From IMG/VR virus record IMGVR_UViG_3300024249_000023, positions 1 through 32,024 of that record: DNA of 32,024 nt; one strand, written 5' to 3'. How positions within the stretch are numbered: position 1 is the stretch's first letter; each line of letters starts with the position of its first letter. The position numbers were made by a program, and so were the translations under genes. This DNA is from a virus (Duplodnaviria; Caudoviricetes). This document shows, one piece after another, positions 16,513 through 25,400 of the stretch. The notes under the pieces are model-generated. The model was given only the letters and a program-made list of their open reading frames with translations, ran no database searches and was not told the origin of the DNA.

Positions 16513-17622
16513 CTAAGCATCAGCAGGCGAGGAACTCCAAATAGTGAACGACCCATTGTCAACAGGTTTGGTCGTATCGACAGTTGGGTCTACACCGAAC
16601 CTGAGCTTGGAAACCCCCCTGATTTCTTCTATCCCGACGCCCTGAAAAAACCCATAATCTCGGCGGTTCTCGATCACCTTCGTCCGCTGCGCCCACGCGA
16701 TGCCAATGGCCTGCGCGCCGCAGAGATACGACGCTGCGGCATCGCTACCGGCGGTGCCGACACCGGCGAGCACCGGCAACTCGGGGATTTCGCGGATGAT
16801 CATCCCGTCGTAGACGATGTCCCCAGCGGTAAACAGCGGATTGTCCGACCCGCGATTCCAGGCATACTGCAAGGCGTTGATGATCACCGGATCGAGCATC
16901 AGATCGCGGAAGCAGAGGCTCGGCACGAACACCACGTACCATTCCTCGTCGTTGTTGATCCTGATCGGCCGGATCTTCGGCGAGGCGGTGCGCGCCATGC
17001 GCTTGGCGAGCGTGAGTTGCGCGGCGTTCATTTTGTCCGCCGTGGTATCCACGGTGAGCAGCGCCGTCGCATAGACGCCGGACACCGCGTTGCTCTTGGA
17101 CGCGCCGAACAGCACGCGATCGGCGTTGTTGACGAGCCAGGTATTGCGCTGTGCGGCCGTCGCTGCGGCATACGAGATCGACACGTTGCCGTCAGCCGTT
17201 ATCGAGCCAAGGGCGGTGATGATGTCCGAGCGCAACTTGTTCGCCGCCCAGTTCTTCAGTACCGAACGGCCGGCCTGCAACAGGTCGATGACGGATTTCT
17301 GCTCGTCCCAGTCGGATACCGCCACCGCGTGGCGAATGACGCCGACAGTGACGTTCAGCGAGCGGGCGTTAAGAATTTCTTCATTGCCCTCGAGCACCGT
17401 GTTTCCGGTGACCCCTGCTCCGACGAGATTGCGGACGGTGGGGAATACGACAGTGTCGCCTGGCTTTCTGGTCAGGTCCGTTTGGAGTTGGATCATCGCG
17501 TCCATGCTCGTACCGAAGTACGGCGTGAACTGATTTTCCCTAAGATACTCTACCCAAAAATCGGACTGCCACTGTATTGGGGTTAGTCCCGGTCTGGCCG
17601 GGGTTACATTCATGTCGGCCAT
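16513..17622 (-). CDS. Major capsid protein (N4-gp56/DUF4043-like), 369 aa
   Basis: DLTRKPGDTVVF...GVTGNTVLEGNEE.L...IRHAV; NPLFTAG..YDGMIIRE; LCGAQAIGIAW; follows scaffold. Confidence 0.9.
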   Translation of the reverse strand: MADMNVTPARPGLTPIQWQSDFWVEYLRENQFTPYFGTSMDAMIQLQTDLTRKPGDTVVFPTVRNLVGAGVTGNTVLEGNEEILNARSLNVTVGVIRHAVAVSDWDEQKSVIDLLQAGRSVLKNWAANKLRSDIITALGSITADGNVSISYAAATAAQRNTWLVNNADRVLFGASKSNAVSGVYATALLTVDTTADKMNAAQLTLAKRMARTASPKIRPIRINNDEEWYVVFVPSLCFRDLMLDPVIINALQYAWNRGSDNPLFTAGDIVYDGMIIREIPELPVLAGVGTAGSDAAASYLCGAQAIGIAWAQRTKVIENRRDYGFFQGVGIEEIRGVSKLRFGVDPTVDTTKPVDNGSFTIWSSSPADA

Positions 17623-17760
17623 CGCCGAGCACTCCTATACTATCTTTCTCCTTTCGTTTGATCGCGCCCGAATGCTCGGCGGCAGCCACTGCGCCCGTTT
17701 TCGGTCGGCGGCACCTGGGTAGGCACTTGCGCCCGTTAACCCCGGCGGCGGGTAGGCACG
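17623..17760 (-). promoter_or_regulatory. Capsid leader with three GCCGCCG-N6-8-CGGGCGC units and an anti-SD stem
   Basis: Units at 17664-17683, 17691-17712 and 17729-17749; 17670-17681 is complementary to 17623-17634; GGGTAGGCAC occurs twice. Confidence 0.7.
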
Positions 17761-18603
17761 TCAGAACCGGCGGAACTGGCCATTTGCCGACCGGCGGTTC
17801 TGGACTGGCGCCAACACCTCCTCGAGGCTCGGCTCGCCGGTCCATGTACTTGCGGTGCGTCCAGCGACGCTGCGCGCGGTGGCGAGCGACGGCTGCATCC
17901 CTGCGGCGGGTGATACCGGGGGCGGCTGCGGCTTCGCTGCCTGTTCTTGCTCCCACTTCGCCCGCGCCTCCGCCTCGATGCGTGCGCGGTACGCGGACGG
18001 GTCGTCGCCCACCTCGCGCAGATGCCGCAGCCGGTCCACCTCGCGTGTCATCCACGCATAGGGGTTGGTCTGCGAATACAACTTGCCGAACAGCGTCTGA
18101 TCGTGCTGGGCGAGTTGCTTGAACTCGTTCACGTATTCGTTGAGCTTCTCGTCGCCGATCTTCTCGCGCAGCCGCTCCTCGGAGTTGTTCAACCGCTCGT
18201 TGAGCAGCACCTGCTGCAACCGCGTGGTGAACCCGACCGGATCTTGCGCCGGGTCGATCGGCGCCAGCGGCGGCATCTGCTCGGGCTGCGGCTGACGCGC
18301 CTGCTCCTGCTGCGCCTTGTAGGCCGCGAGTTCGCCTTCGAGGCGCGCCGCCTTCTCTTTCCAGTCCTGCCTCTTCCGTCGCTCGTCCTCGTAGGCACGG
18401 CGCGGGATGACCGGCTCGCCATCCAGCGCTTGCGGCGGCTCTGCGTCGTCCTCACCAGGGGGCTTGGGCTCTGGCTGGGTCTTTGCCTCGGCCTTCGGCT
18501 CCGGCGCCTCCTGGCGTGGCTCTGGGGCCTCGCGCGGGGCGGGTTCCGGGGTTGCCGCCTGCGTCTCGGACGCAAGGAAGCTGTCGAGTGCTTCGTTAGC
18601 CAT
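17761..18603 (-). CDS. Capsid scaffolding protein, 280 aa
   Basis: Acidic Pro-rich N-terminus, IPRRAYEDERRKRQ coiled coil, position between portal and capsid. Confidence 0.8.
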   Translation of the reverse strand: MANEALDSFLASETQAATPEPAPREAPEPRQEAPEPKAEAKTQPEPKPPGEDDAEPPQALDGEPVIPRRAYEDERRKRQDWKEKAARLEGELAAYKAQQEQARQPQPEQMPPLAPIDPAQDPVGFTTRLQQVLLNERLNNSEERLREKIGDEKLNEYVNEFKQLAQHDQTLFGKLYSQTNPYAWMTREVDRLRHLREVGDDPSAYRARIEAEARAKWEQEQAAKPQPPPVSPAAGMQPSLATARSVAGRTASTWTGEPSLEEVLAPVQNRRSANGQFRRF

Positions 18604-18618
18604 AGTCGTGTCCTTGGA

Positions 18619-20793
18619 TTAGGCCGGCTGTCCCGGCTGAGGGATCGGCGTCTGTGCGAGCCGATTGGTCGTCACCATCGTCTGGTGCGTGTTGGCGATC
18701 TCGCCCACGGTCTGATGTCGCGTATGTAGCGCCTTCGCCTCGTCCACCGCCGCCTTAGCGTGTTTTCCGCGCAAGTCCGCAAGCTGTGTGGCCATCGCCA
18801 TATCTGGCGTCATCTGCTCTGGATCGGACGGCTGCTGCATGCCCTGCGTGCCGGGCGGGTTGTCGGGTGCGACATTCGGCTGGCCATAGGGCGGTGCACT
18901 GAAGTCGGCATGAATGTCGTGCACCTTGGACGCCGCGTTGACCTTGCGCTCCTGTGCAAGCGCCATGTCCGCCGCCGCCTTCGCCTGCTTGCCCTGGATA
19001 TCCGCCTGCGCGTGCTGCTGCGCCAACTGCCCGGCCTGCTGCTGTGCCTGCTGCGCCTGCTGCTGGTGCGCCTGCATGCGCTGAAGCAGCATATCCTTGT
19101 CCTGCAGCCCCGACGCCGCAATCAGCACATCGCCCGGTATCAGCCCCGGCTGCATGCCGGCGAGCTGCACCAATGTCTGGAACTGCTCCGCCTGCAGGCT
19201 CGGGATGTCGATGCCTTCCTCGATCGTTATGTCCACATCGAGGTCGGTAATGTCGTTCTCTATCCCCACTACCTGCTGCAACCGAGGATCGTCGGGCTGC
19301 AACTGCATGCGCTGCATCATCGCCTGCCGCATCTGCTCGGGCATCGCCGCGAGGCGGTCCATCACCCTGATCGGACGGTTGATTGATACCCACGTCGTGC
19401 CGTTAAGCTCGTCCGTGAGCCTCACCCACTTGCCGCCGGACCAGTATTCCCGCGCCGCCATCCAGCAACTCTCGTAGACCCGCCGCGACCAGTAGCGCAG
19501 CGCGTCAGCCAGCGGCTCGTTCTGCGCCGCACCGCCCGCCTGCTGGGCCAGGATCGCCCGCCCGCTCAGTTCGCGTGGATCGGTGCCCGACATCGCCGCA
19601 TTCGGCCCCGATAGCTGCATTTCGGCAGTCGCGTGTTGCAACAACTGGAACTGCCCACTGGCAAGGTCGGCCGACTGCTCGATCTCGAACTTGAGCCCCG
19701 GCATCACCTCAACGTAACCGTCCGGCTTGGCCACCTCGCGGCGGGCCTTGTCCACGTCCTGCACCGCGCCCTGCTCGGCCACCACCTGGCGCACGGATAG
19801 CAGGTGCAGCGCCTTGGAGCGCCGCTTGTTGATCTCGTCCTGCAGGCTGATCAACCCGCGCACCATGCCATAGCGCTGGTTCTCGCGGTTGATATACGCC
19901 GACTGCAACAGCAGGCTGCACGCGCTCTTACCCTTGCGATCCTTGAACCGACTGCGCTGCGGGTTGGCCAGAATGCCGTTCTTGGTGAACGTCGCCTGCC
20001 ACCACGTACCACGCTCGTCCCAATGGCACTGCACGACACGCACGCGGCGCCGCCGGTTATCCGTCCAGAACGCGGTTTCCGGCCGGTCGTTGTAGTAGAA
20101 GTCCGTGCTGCTGAACGACGCCTCGATCACGTCGTCGCCCTCGGGATACAGGCCCTCGAGCTGGTCGCGATCCATCCATATGACCAGGCCCTTGTATCGA
20201 CAGTCGCTGAAATCCATCGAGCGGGAATGCGGATCGTAGAAAATGCGATCCCACGGAACGTGCGTGATCGTTATGTTCGCGCCGCCCTGGCCGTCGTCCT
20301 CGAGGCCGAGTTCCGCGCCGCCGGCGCCATCTACGAGCATGTCCTCGAATACGGCGCTGCGAATTAATGGAAAGTCATTGTCATCGGCGATATACCGCAA
20401 GGCTTGTGTTGCTGCCATCGCGCGATCATCTTCAGACGGAGTGCGCGCAAACGCCTTGGGATCGGTTCTTGCTTTTCGTTCCATTCCGCACAGTAGGCCG
20501 ACTTTTTCCCTTATTTTGTTGATGACTATAGCCGGCTGCCCGCGTTTCTTTAGTTCCTCTAGTTCCTCAGCGGTCCACTGTGAACCGTCCAGATATTCTC
20601 TGTCCCTCTGCGCCAGCGCTATCTCGTCCTGCCGCGCCATCTCTGATTCCTCGAACCAGCGCACCAGCCGGCCGTGCAGATCATCGAGATCGCGCGGATA
20701 CTCGTCGGCGCCGCTGGTGAGGTCAGCGACGGCCGGCGGCGTGGATGGGCCACGCGGCTCATGGATATGGACGTGTAGCGCGGTGTCGCTCAT
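18619..20793 (-). CDS. Portal protein (P22-like), 724 aa
   Basis: DREYLDGSQW...LKKRGQPAIVINKI; IFYDPHSRSMDFSDCRY; YGMVRGLISLQDEINKRRSK; SGRAILAQQ; Q-rich barrel. Confidence 0.92.
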   Translation of the reverse strand: MSDTALHVHIHEPRGPSTPPAVADLTSGADEYPRDLDDLHGRLVRWFEESEMARQDEIALAQRDREYLDGSQWTAEELEELKKRGQPAIVINKIREKVGLLCGMERKARTDPKAFARTPSEDDRAMAATQALRYIADDNDFPLIRSAVFEDMLVDGAGGAELGLEDDGQGGANITITHVPWDRIFYDPHSRSMDFSDCRYKGLVIWMDRDQLEGLYPEGDDVIEASFSSTDFYYNDRPETAFWTDNRRRRVRVVQCHWDERGTWWQATFTKNGILANPQRSRFKDRKGKSACSLLLQSAYINRENQRYGMVRGLISLQDEINKRRSKALHLLSVRQVVAEQGAVQDVDKARREVAKPDGYVEVMPGLKFEIEQSADLASGQFQLLQHATAEMQLSGPNAAMSGTDPRELSGRAILAQQAGGAAQNEPLADALRYWSRRVYESCWMAAREYWSGGKWVRLTDELNGTTWVSINRPIRVMDRLAAMPEQMRQAMMQRMQLQPDDPRLQQVVGIENDITDLDVDITIEEGIDIPSLQAEQFQTLVQLAGMQPGLIPGDVLIAASGLQDKDMLLQRMQAHQQQAQQAQQQAGQLAQQHAQADIQGKQAKAAADMALAQERKVNAASKVHDIHADFSAPPYGQPNVAPDNPPGTQGMQQPSDPEQMTPDMAMATQLADLRGKHAKAAVDEAKALHTRHQTVGEIANTHQTMVTTNRLAQTPIPQPGQPA

Positions 20794-21743
20794 TGCTGCG
20801 GCTGCCGGGTTCCGGCGATAGCGCCGGCGCCGCCTGCCATCAGGCCGGCGATGCCGTATTTACGCAGGATTTCGATGGTGGCAGGATCAAAGATGACGGT
20901 GTTGCGTGTGCCCTCAGCGCCGCCACGCGAGCCTGCGTCGAGGTAGCGGATGCCGGGGATGCCGGCATCGCGGAGAGCTTGGGCCGCCTGAATGTCGGCG
21001 CCATCTCGCCGCAAACCAAAGTGCGACACCACGTTTTCATAAGCCCCGCCAGGATTGAATGGTCCTGTCAGAGGACGGCCCGTAAACGGTGACACTGGCA
21101 CTTGGCTAACGTCAGTTCCCAGCACCTTGCTAAGAGCCTCCTGCACATGCGGAGATTGTTCGTGCAGCGGCTTGTCCCAGTCCAGGAAATGCTCGGGCGG
21201 GGCGTTGATGTTCACCTCGTACATGTGTCCAAGGTTCTCAGGCGTGCCCTTACCCAGAGGCGCCATGAGATCGATCTTCCCGGCCAGACGATCGCGATAC
21301 CCTCGCGCCACGCCCTCGTTCTCGGCGAAATACAGCCCGTGCCCGTAAGCCTGCGCGCCCTCGCCGGTGCCGATCTTGCCGAGGTCGAACGCATCGAACG
21401 AATGCGGGCTGCCGTGATACGCGGTGAAGCCCTTGCCGCCCGGGGCGTCGCCCACCATGCCGAGCACCATCGCCGGCGCCTCCTGCATGCCCTGCGCCAC
21501 CGCAGCCCGCGCACGATCCATGTCCGTGCCAAGGATCGGCTGGCCACTCGATGTCATCGCCTCGATCGGATTGAACGGCCCCTGTGGCACGCCCACGGAC
21601 TGCGACGCATAGGGCGAGGTCGTCTCCGTCCCCACCGGATTGCGCATGACCTGCTGCGCCAGCGGGCCGAGCTGGTTGGGCGGCGCGCTGTAGTCTTGCG
21701 GCAACACCGAGGGATCGAACAGGCGACTGAGCCAGCCGGACAT
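20790..21743 (-). CDS. ART-PolyVal-like ADP-ribosyltransferase-fold protein, 317 aa
   Basis: AYHGSPHSFDAF...GEGAQAYGHGLYFAE...A.GY...MYEVNI...LRDAGIPGIRY...NTVIFDP matches the ART-like domain of phage polyvalent proteins. Confidence 0.7.
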   Translation of the reverse strand: MSGWLSRLFDPSVLPQDYSAPPNQLGPLAQQVMRNPVGTETTSPYASQSVGVPQGPFNPIEAMTSSGQPILGTDMDRARAAVAQGMQEAPAMVLGMVGDAPGGKGFTAYHGSPHSFDAFDLGKIGTGEGAQAYGHGLYFAENEGVARGYRDRLAGKIDLMAPLGKGTPENLGHMYEVNINAPPEHFLDWDKPLHEQSPHVQEALSKVLGTDVSQVPVSPFTGRPLTGPFNPGGAYENVVSHFGLRRDGADIQAAQALRDAGIPGIRYLDAGSRGGAEGTRNTVIFDPATIEILRKYGIAGLMAGGAGAIAGTRQPQQ

Positions 21744-21753
21744 GCGTGATCAG

Positions 21754-21990
21754 CTATTCGGTCGGCCACGAAGGCGCATTCTGGAACGCCACCTGCAGGC
21801 CCTGCGGCGCGGCGGCCTTGACCGCGGCGTCCATCGCATCGCGGAACCACGCGGCCACGAACGCCTGGCGGTCGGCGTCGGTGCGGACGCCATCGGACTG
21901 CGCGTAGGCACCGAGAAACGCGGCGGCCCACTTGTCGGGATCGTGGCCAACGAGGCGGCTGAACCGCGCGCCGGAGAGGGGTTCATTCAT
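21754..21990 (-). CDS. Hypothetical protein, 78 aa
   Basis: MNEPLSGARF...DPDKWAAAF...WFRDAM; overlaps the upstream stop; plausible helical composition. Confidence 0.65.
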   Translation of the reverse strand: MNEPLSGARFSRLVGHDPDKWAAAFLGAYAQSDGVRTDADRQAFVAAWFRDAMDAAVKAAAPQGLQVAFQNAPSWPTE

Positions 21991-22792
21991 CCCACGTCAC
22001 CTCAATGGATACTTTCTTGCCGTCCTCGACCGACCCCAGCCGCAAGGCAACGAACGGGCAACCAAGCACCACCGCAAGCAGCTCTTCCGGCACATCCAGC
22101 AGGCACGCAGATAGCTGGGCGGTTGCTGGTATTCCGCGCTTCACCGCCTGTAATGCCGCGGCGACCGTGTCGGCCGTTCTTAGGCACACAACGCGCGTGG
22201 TCATCTTGCCGATGGTCTGTAGTCCAGCACAGCTTAGCCGGCACGCCGCAACGAAGTAGCCCAACGCATACTGAGCGATGCAACGCAGATCCCCGAGGCT
22301 TGGCGTTCGCGAGAGATCGAACCACGGCTTGACGTGCTGCTTCGGCAGCGGATGAACGTATACGGGCGGCGGTTTCGGCTGTGGCGTTGACGCTAGTATC
22401 GCCTCGTCATGCAACAAGCGATCGAGGAACTCACGCTCGGCGGTGAGTGCTCTGGACTCCTGCGCATCGCGTCGCTCGACCAGTCCCCGCATGTGGCGAA
22501 GGAACGCGGCTTTGTCGAAGCCTATCGGCGGCGGCAACGCCCGTGCACGTAGCGGCGGGTCGACTCGTAGCGGCACACTGGCTGCCGCTGTGCGCATACG
22601 CTGGATCGAGCGCTCTATGATTTGCGCCGTGCGCGCCGGGCTTATTCCCTCACGCTGGCCAGCTTCACGCAGCGTCTCGTCATGTCGAAAGTATCGGCAA
22701 AGGATGCGCCGCTCGCGAGGGGTTAGTGCGGCAGCGAGTTCCCTGACTGAGATCCGGTCAACGAGGTGCGTTTCATAGTCATTGCCACTCAA
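21983..22792 (-). CDS. Protein with N-terminal sigma-70 region-4-like HTH, 269 aa
   Basis: LTPRERRILCRYFRHDETLREAGQREGISPARTAQIIERSIQRMR. Confidence 0.7.
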   Translation of the reverse strand: MSGNDYETHLVDRISVRELAAALTPRERRILCRYFRHDETLREAGQREGISPARTAQIIERSIQRMRTAAASVPLRVDPPLRARALPPPIGFDKAAFLRHMRGLVERRDAQESRALTAEREFLDRLLHDEAILASTPQPKPPPVYVHPLPKQHVKPWFDLSRTPSLGDLRCIAQYALGYFVAACRLSCAGLQTIGKMTTRVVCLRTADTVAAALQAVKRGIPATAQLSACLLDVPEELLAVVLGCPFVALRLGSVEDGKKVSIEVTWDE

Positions 22793-23145
22793 CGCACCGC
22801 CCGCGATTCAGCCAGCGCCACTGCGCTGGAGAACAATTGCTCGACACGCTTGCGGCTACCGTTGTCGTTGTATTGCACGATCAAGCCCAGCCGCGGCTCC
22901 CCTGCGCGCGAGCCTCTCTCCCGCACTTTCTCTGGCAGCACGGGATACACATAATCGAGCGCTAGCCGCACTGCCTCGTCGCGGTTCCATTCGGTGGCGA
23001 CGAGCAGCCAGCCGAGCGCGCAATGGCGGTCATCGTTCTCTATGCCGATGGTGCCTGCGGCCCAACGATTGCGCACGCCGTCGAGTGCAATCCGCAGCTT
23101 GGCCATGTCGGACAGCAAACCCTCGGGCAATCCGTCAAACGGCAT
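22789..23145 (-). CDS. Hypothetical protein (DUF6197-like pattern), 118 aa
   Basis: W..G...HCALG...YND...V..LF pattern; ATG immediately after the terL stop. Confidence 0.6.
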   Translation of the reverse strand: MPFDGLPEGLLSDMAKLRIALDGVRNRWAAGTIGIENDDRHCALGWLLVATEWNRDEAVRLALDYVYPVLPEKVRERGSRAGEPRLGLIVQYNDNGSRKRVEQLFSSAVALAESRAVR

Positions 23146-24462
23146 CTAGGCTATCCTCCAATTAGCCACCTCGGACTGCCGGGCACGCTGGAACGCCCGG
23201 TCCCAGCTATCGACGGGCGGCGGCTTCGGCTTCTCGGGCTGCATCTCGCGCCAGGCGAGCGCCATATAGCGGAACGCATCGGCGCCATGGCTCGACCAGT
23301 CATGCCTCGGCCGGTCGTGGAACGTCTTGGCCTTCTCATCAAAGTCGGCACGGTAGGCGCGCAACGCCTCAAGACCGTCGTAGCATTTGGTGCCGTCAAA
23401 CCACGCTTTGCCGATGGTCACGCGGGCAGCGTTGATGCCATCCATAACGTTCTGCTTCGGCAGAATGCGTGGGATGCGGTTGGTGAGACTGTGCAGCGTT
23501 TCCCAGAGCGATCGGCCGGTGCCAAGCTGCCGCGCCTCGCCATCATGTGGCAGATAGTCGGTGCCGTAGGTGTAGCCGCGTGACGACAGCACGGACGCAT
23601 AGTGCGGCAACCCGTGGCCTGCCGCTTCATAGTAGTCGATGACGCGGATCTCGGCGAGAGCCACCTGGAAAAACCAGATCGCCGTGCTGTCGCCGATGCC
23701 GAGATCCCAGGCTGTGTGGACTGGCAGGATTGGATCGTATGGCACATCGCCGATGCGACCGGATGCCTCGGCCTCAGCGATTTCTCGGCCGTAGTAGGCG
23801 CCGAGAATAGCGGCATCGAACGAGCATTCGAGTTCCTGGTCGTATTGCTCCGGCGTGAGTGTGCCGCGCATGTCGTCAAGCTCGGCCTGGCTGAGTAATC
23901 CGGTGTGACTGGCGCGCAGCACGAGCGAGAACCATTCTGGTGTCTGCTCGGCGTGATGATGCACGCGCCAGAAGTCGTTCCGTCCGCGTGGTGTGCCGAT
24001 GAACACGGCCCAACCGGCACGATCGGCGAGTGCGGGGCGTAGCACTTCGGGCCATGCGCGTGGGTTGATGTCGGCGTATTCATCGAGCACGAGGCCGTCG
24101 ATGTAGGTGCCACGCAGCCGGTCGTAATTCTCGACGCCGTAGAGGCGGACACGCGCGCCGTTGGGGAATATGACCATGAGGTCTGATTCGCGCTGCTCGA
24201 CGCCTGGGATGTCAGCGGTGAAGCGCTTTAGATATTGCCAGCATGTGTCTTTCGATTGTGTATACGTCGGCGACATATACGCGAAGCGGCCCTCTGGTTT
24301 CTTGCAGCGCAGCGCTGCATCGATGAGGTCCATGACACATGCAACTGTTTTGCCGCAGCGACGATGCGCGACGATGCAGGCCCAGCGTTGTTTGCGTGCG
24401 TGGAACGCGGTGAACTGCGGGCGGGCTTCGTAGCCGAGTTTAATCTTTGGTCGTGTCGCCAC
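23146..24462 (-). CDS. terL: Terminase large subunit
   Basis: Walker A VAHRRCGKT, Walker B LVLDEY, coupling motif IGTPRG, nuclease AWDLGIGD...SHGADAFRY. GTG start at 24462 is chosen by eye. Confidence 0.95.
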   Translation of the reverse strand: MATRPKIKLGYEARPQFTAFHARKQRWACIVAHRRCGKTVACVMDLIDAALRCKKPEGRFAYMSPTYTQSKDTCWQYLKRFTADIPGVEQRESDLMVIFPNGARVRLYGVENYDRLRGTYIDGLVLDEYADINPRAWPEVLRPALADRAGWAVFIGTPRGRNDFWRVHHHAEQTPEWFSLVLRASHTGLLSQAELDDMRGTLTPEQYDQELECSFDAAILGAYYGREIAEAEASGRIGDVPYDPILPVHTAWDLGIGDSTAIWFFQVALAEIRVIDYYEAAGHGLPHYASVLSSRGYTYGTDYLPHDGEARQLGTGRSLWETLHSLTNRIPRILPKQNVMDGINAARVTIGKAWFDGTKCYDGLEALRAYRADFDEKAKTFHDRPRHDWSSHGADAFRYMALAWREMQPEKPKPPPVDSWDRAFQRARQSEVANWRIA

Positions 24463-24739
24463 GATCGACGCCTGTGATGACGAGCACCGGGCCGCCATCG
24501 GGGCCGGTGTGGGTTGTAACGGCCAAGTCCGGCATTGTCTTGCGGAGCAGGCCGAGGGCGGCGCGGATCTGATCTCCTGACATCTGGACTGGCTTACCGC
24601 TTCGCACGTCAGGGTGATCGAGGGCGAAGCTGTTTAGCCGCTGGAGCAGTTCGGTAGTCTTGATAGCCGAACGACAACGCTCATCCTGTTGAGGGTTAAG
24701 CCTGACGCCATTTGGCTGTCCGTGAGATTGACGAGCCAT
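24440..24739 (-). CDS. Probable terminase small subunit, 99 aa
   Basis: Directly upstream of terL; QIRAALGLLRKTMPDL..THTGPDGGP C-terminal motif. Confidence 0.75.
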   Translation of the reverse strand: MARQSHGQPNGVRLNPQQDERCRSAIKTTELLQRLNSFALDHPDVRSGKPVQMSGDQIRAALGLLRKTMPDLAVTTHTGPDGGPVLVITGVDRGDTTKD

Positions 24740-24776
24740 TTTCTTTCAACGGTAAAGACTTGGGGAAGGTATCGTC

Positions 24777-25400
24777 TTAAGCACTATCTCGCGCCATGAG
24801 ACAGTCGGCTGCAACCGAGACTTCGCGCATTGCGCCGAAGCACATGACGCCGACGAGCGTGTGCCCGTCGCGAGTGCCGATCACCACGGCGTCGTGTCCG
24901 CGCATTGGGCCAGCGGCGAGCGTGCAGGCGGTGCCTGGTGGCCATGACGCATGGAGCGGGGCGATGGAGCGTCGCGCGTCATCGCCGGCCTGTAGCGCTT
25001 CGACGATGCCGTGGGGTACGCGCTCTGGACCGGCATGGCCTGAGACGACGAGGCGCAGCACGCCAGGGCTGTATCGGATGGGTGTCCATGGATCATGTTC
25101 AGGATCGAACCGGATGAAGAGGTAGTTGCCGAAGAGGGGTATTTCGACGGTGTGCCAGAGCGACGGGATGACTCGATCTCGGCGACGGACGGCACACATC
25201 GGCAGGTAGGTTTGGTATCCGCGGCGGGAGAGGTTGGACTGTGCCCAGCGTTCAGCCTGTGGGTTGGTCTGACAGACGAACCAGGCTGGTCCACGAATGC
25301 GGCTGCACCGGACGGGAAGTGTCCCATACGGTGCGACAGCGGTATCTAACCGGGTATGTGGTTGCCTGTCAACGATGGCGTGAGCGACAGCAGCGCTCAT
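24777..25400 (-). CDS. NusG/RfaH-family transcription antiterminator
   Basis: WFVCQTNPQAE...L.RRGYQTYLP...PLFGNYLFIRF...IRYSPGV (NGN) and GPMRGHDAVV (KOW); ATGA overlap at 25400. Confidence 0.88.
   Translation of the reverse strand: MSAAVAHAIVDRQPHTRLDTAVAPYGTLPVRCSRIRGPAWFVCQTNPQAERWAQSNLSRRGYQTYLPMCAVRRRDRVIPSLWHTVEIPLFGNYLFIRFDPEHDPWTPIRYSPGVLRLVVSGHAGPERVPHGIVEALQAGDDARRSIAPLHASWPPGTACTLAAGPMRGHDAVVIGTRDGHTLVGVMCFGAMREVSVAADCLMARDSA

Noticed and set aside
17664-17749. Capsid-leader repeats considered as a mini CRISPR or guide array
   Set aside because: Variable parts are only 6-8 nt loops and there is no adjacent effector signature; a cis-regulatory leader fits better.
784-24739. Gene transfer agent interpretation
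   Set aside because: Presence of cro-like, replication-origin and HNH genes and podovirus-type ejection proteins indicates a genuine temperate phage.
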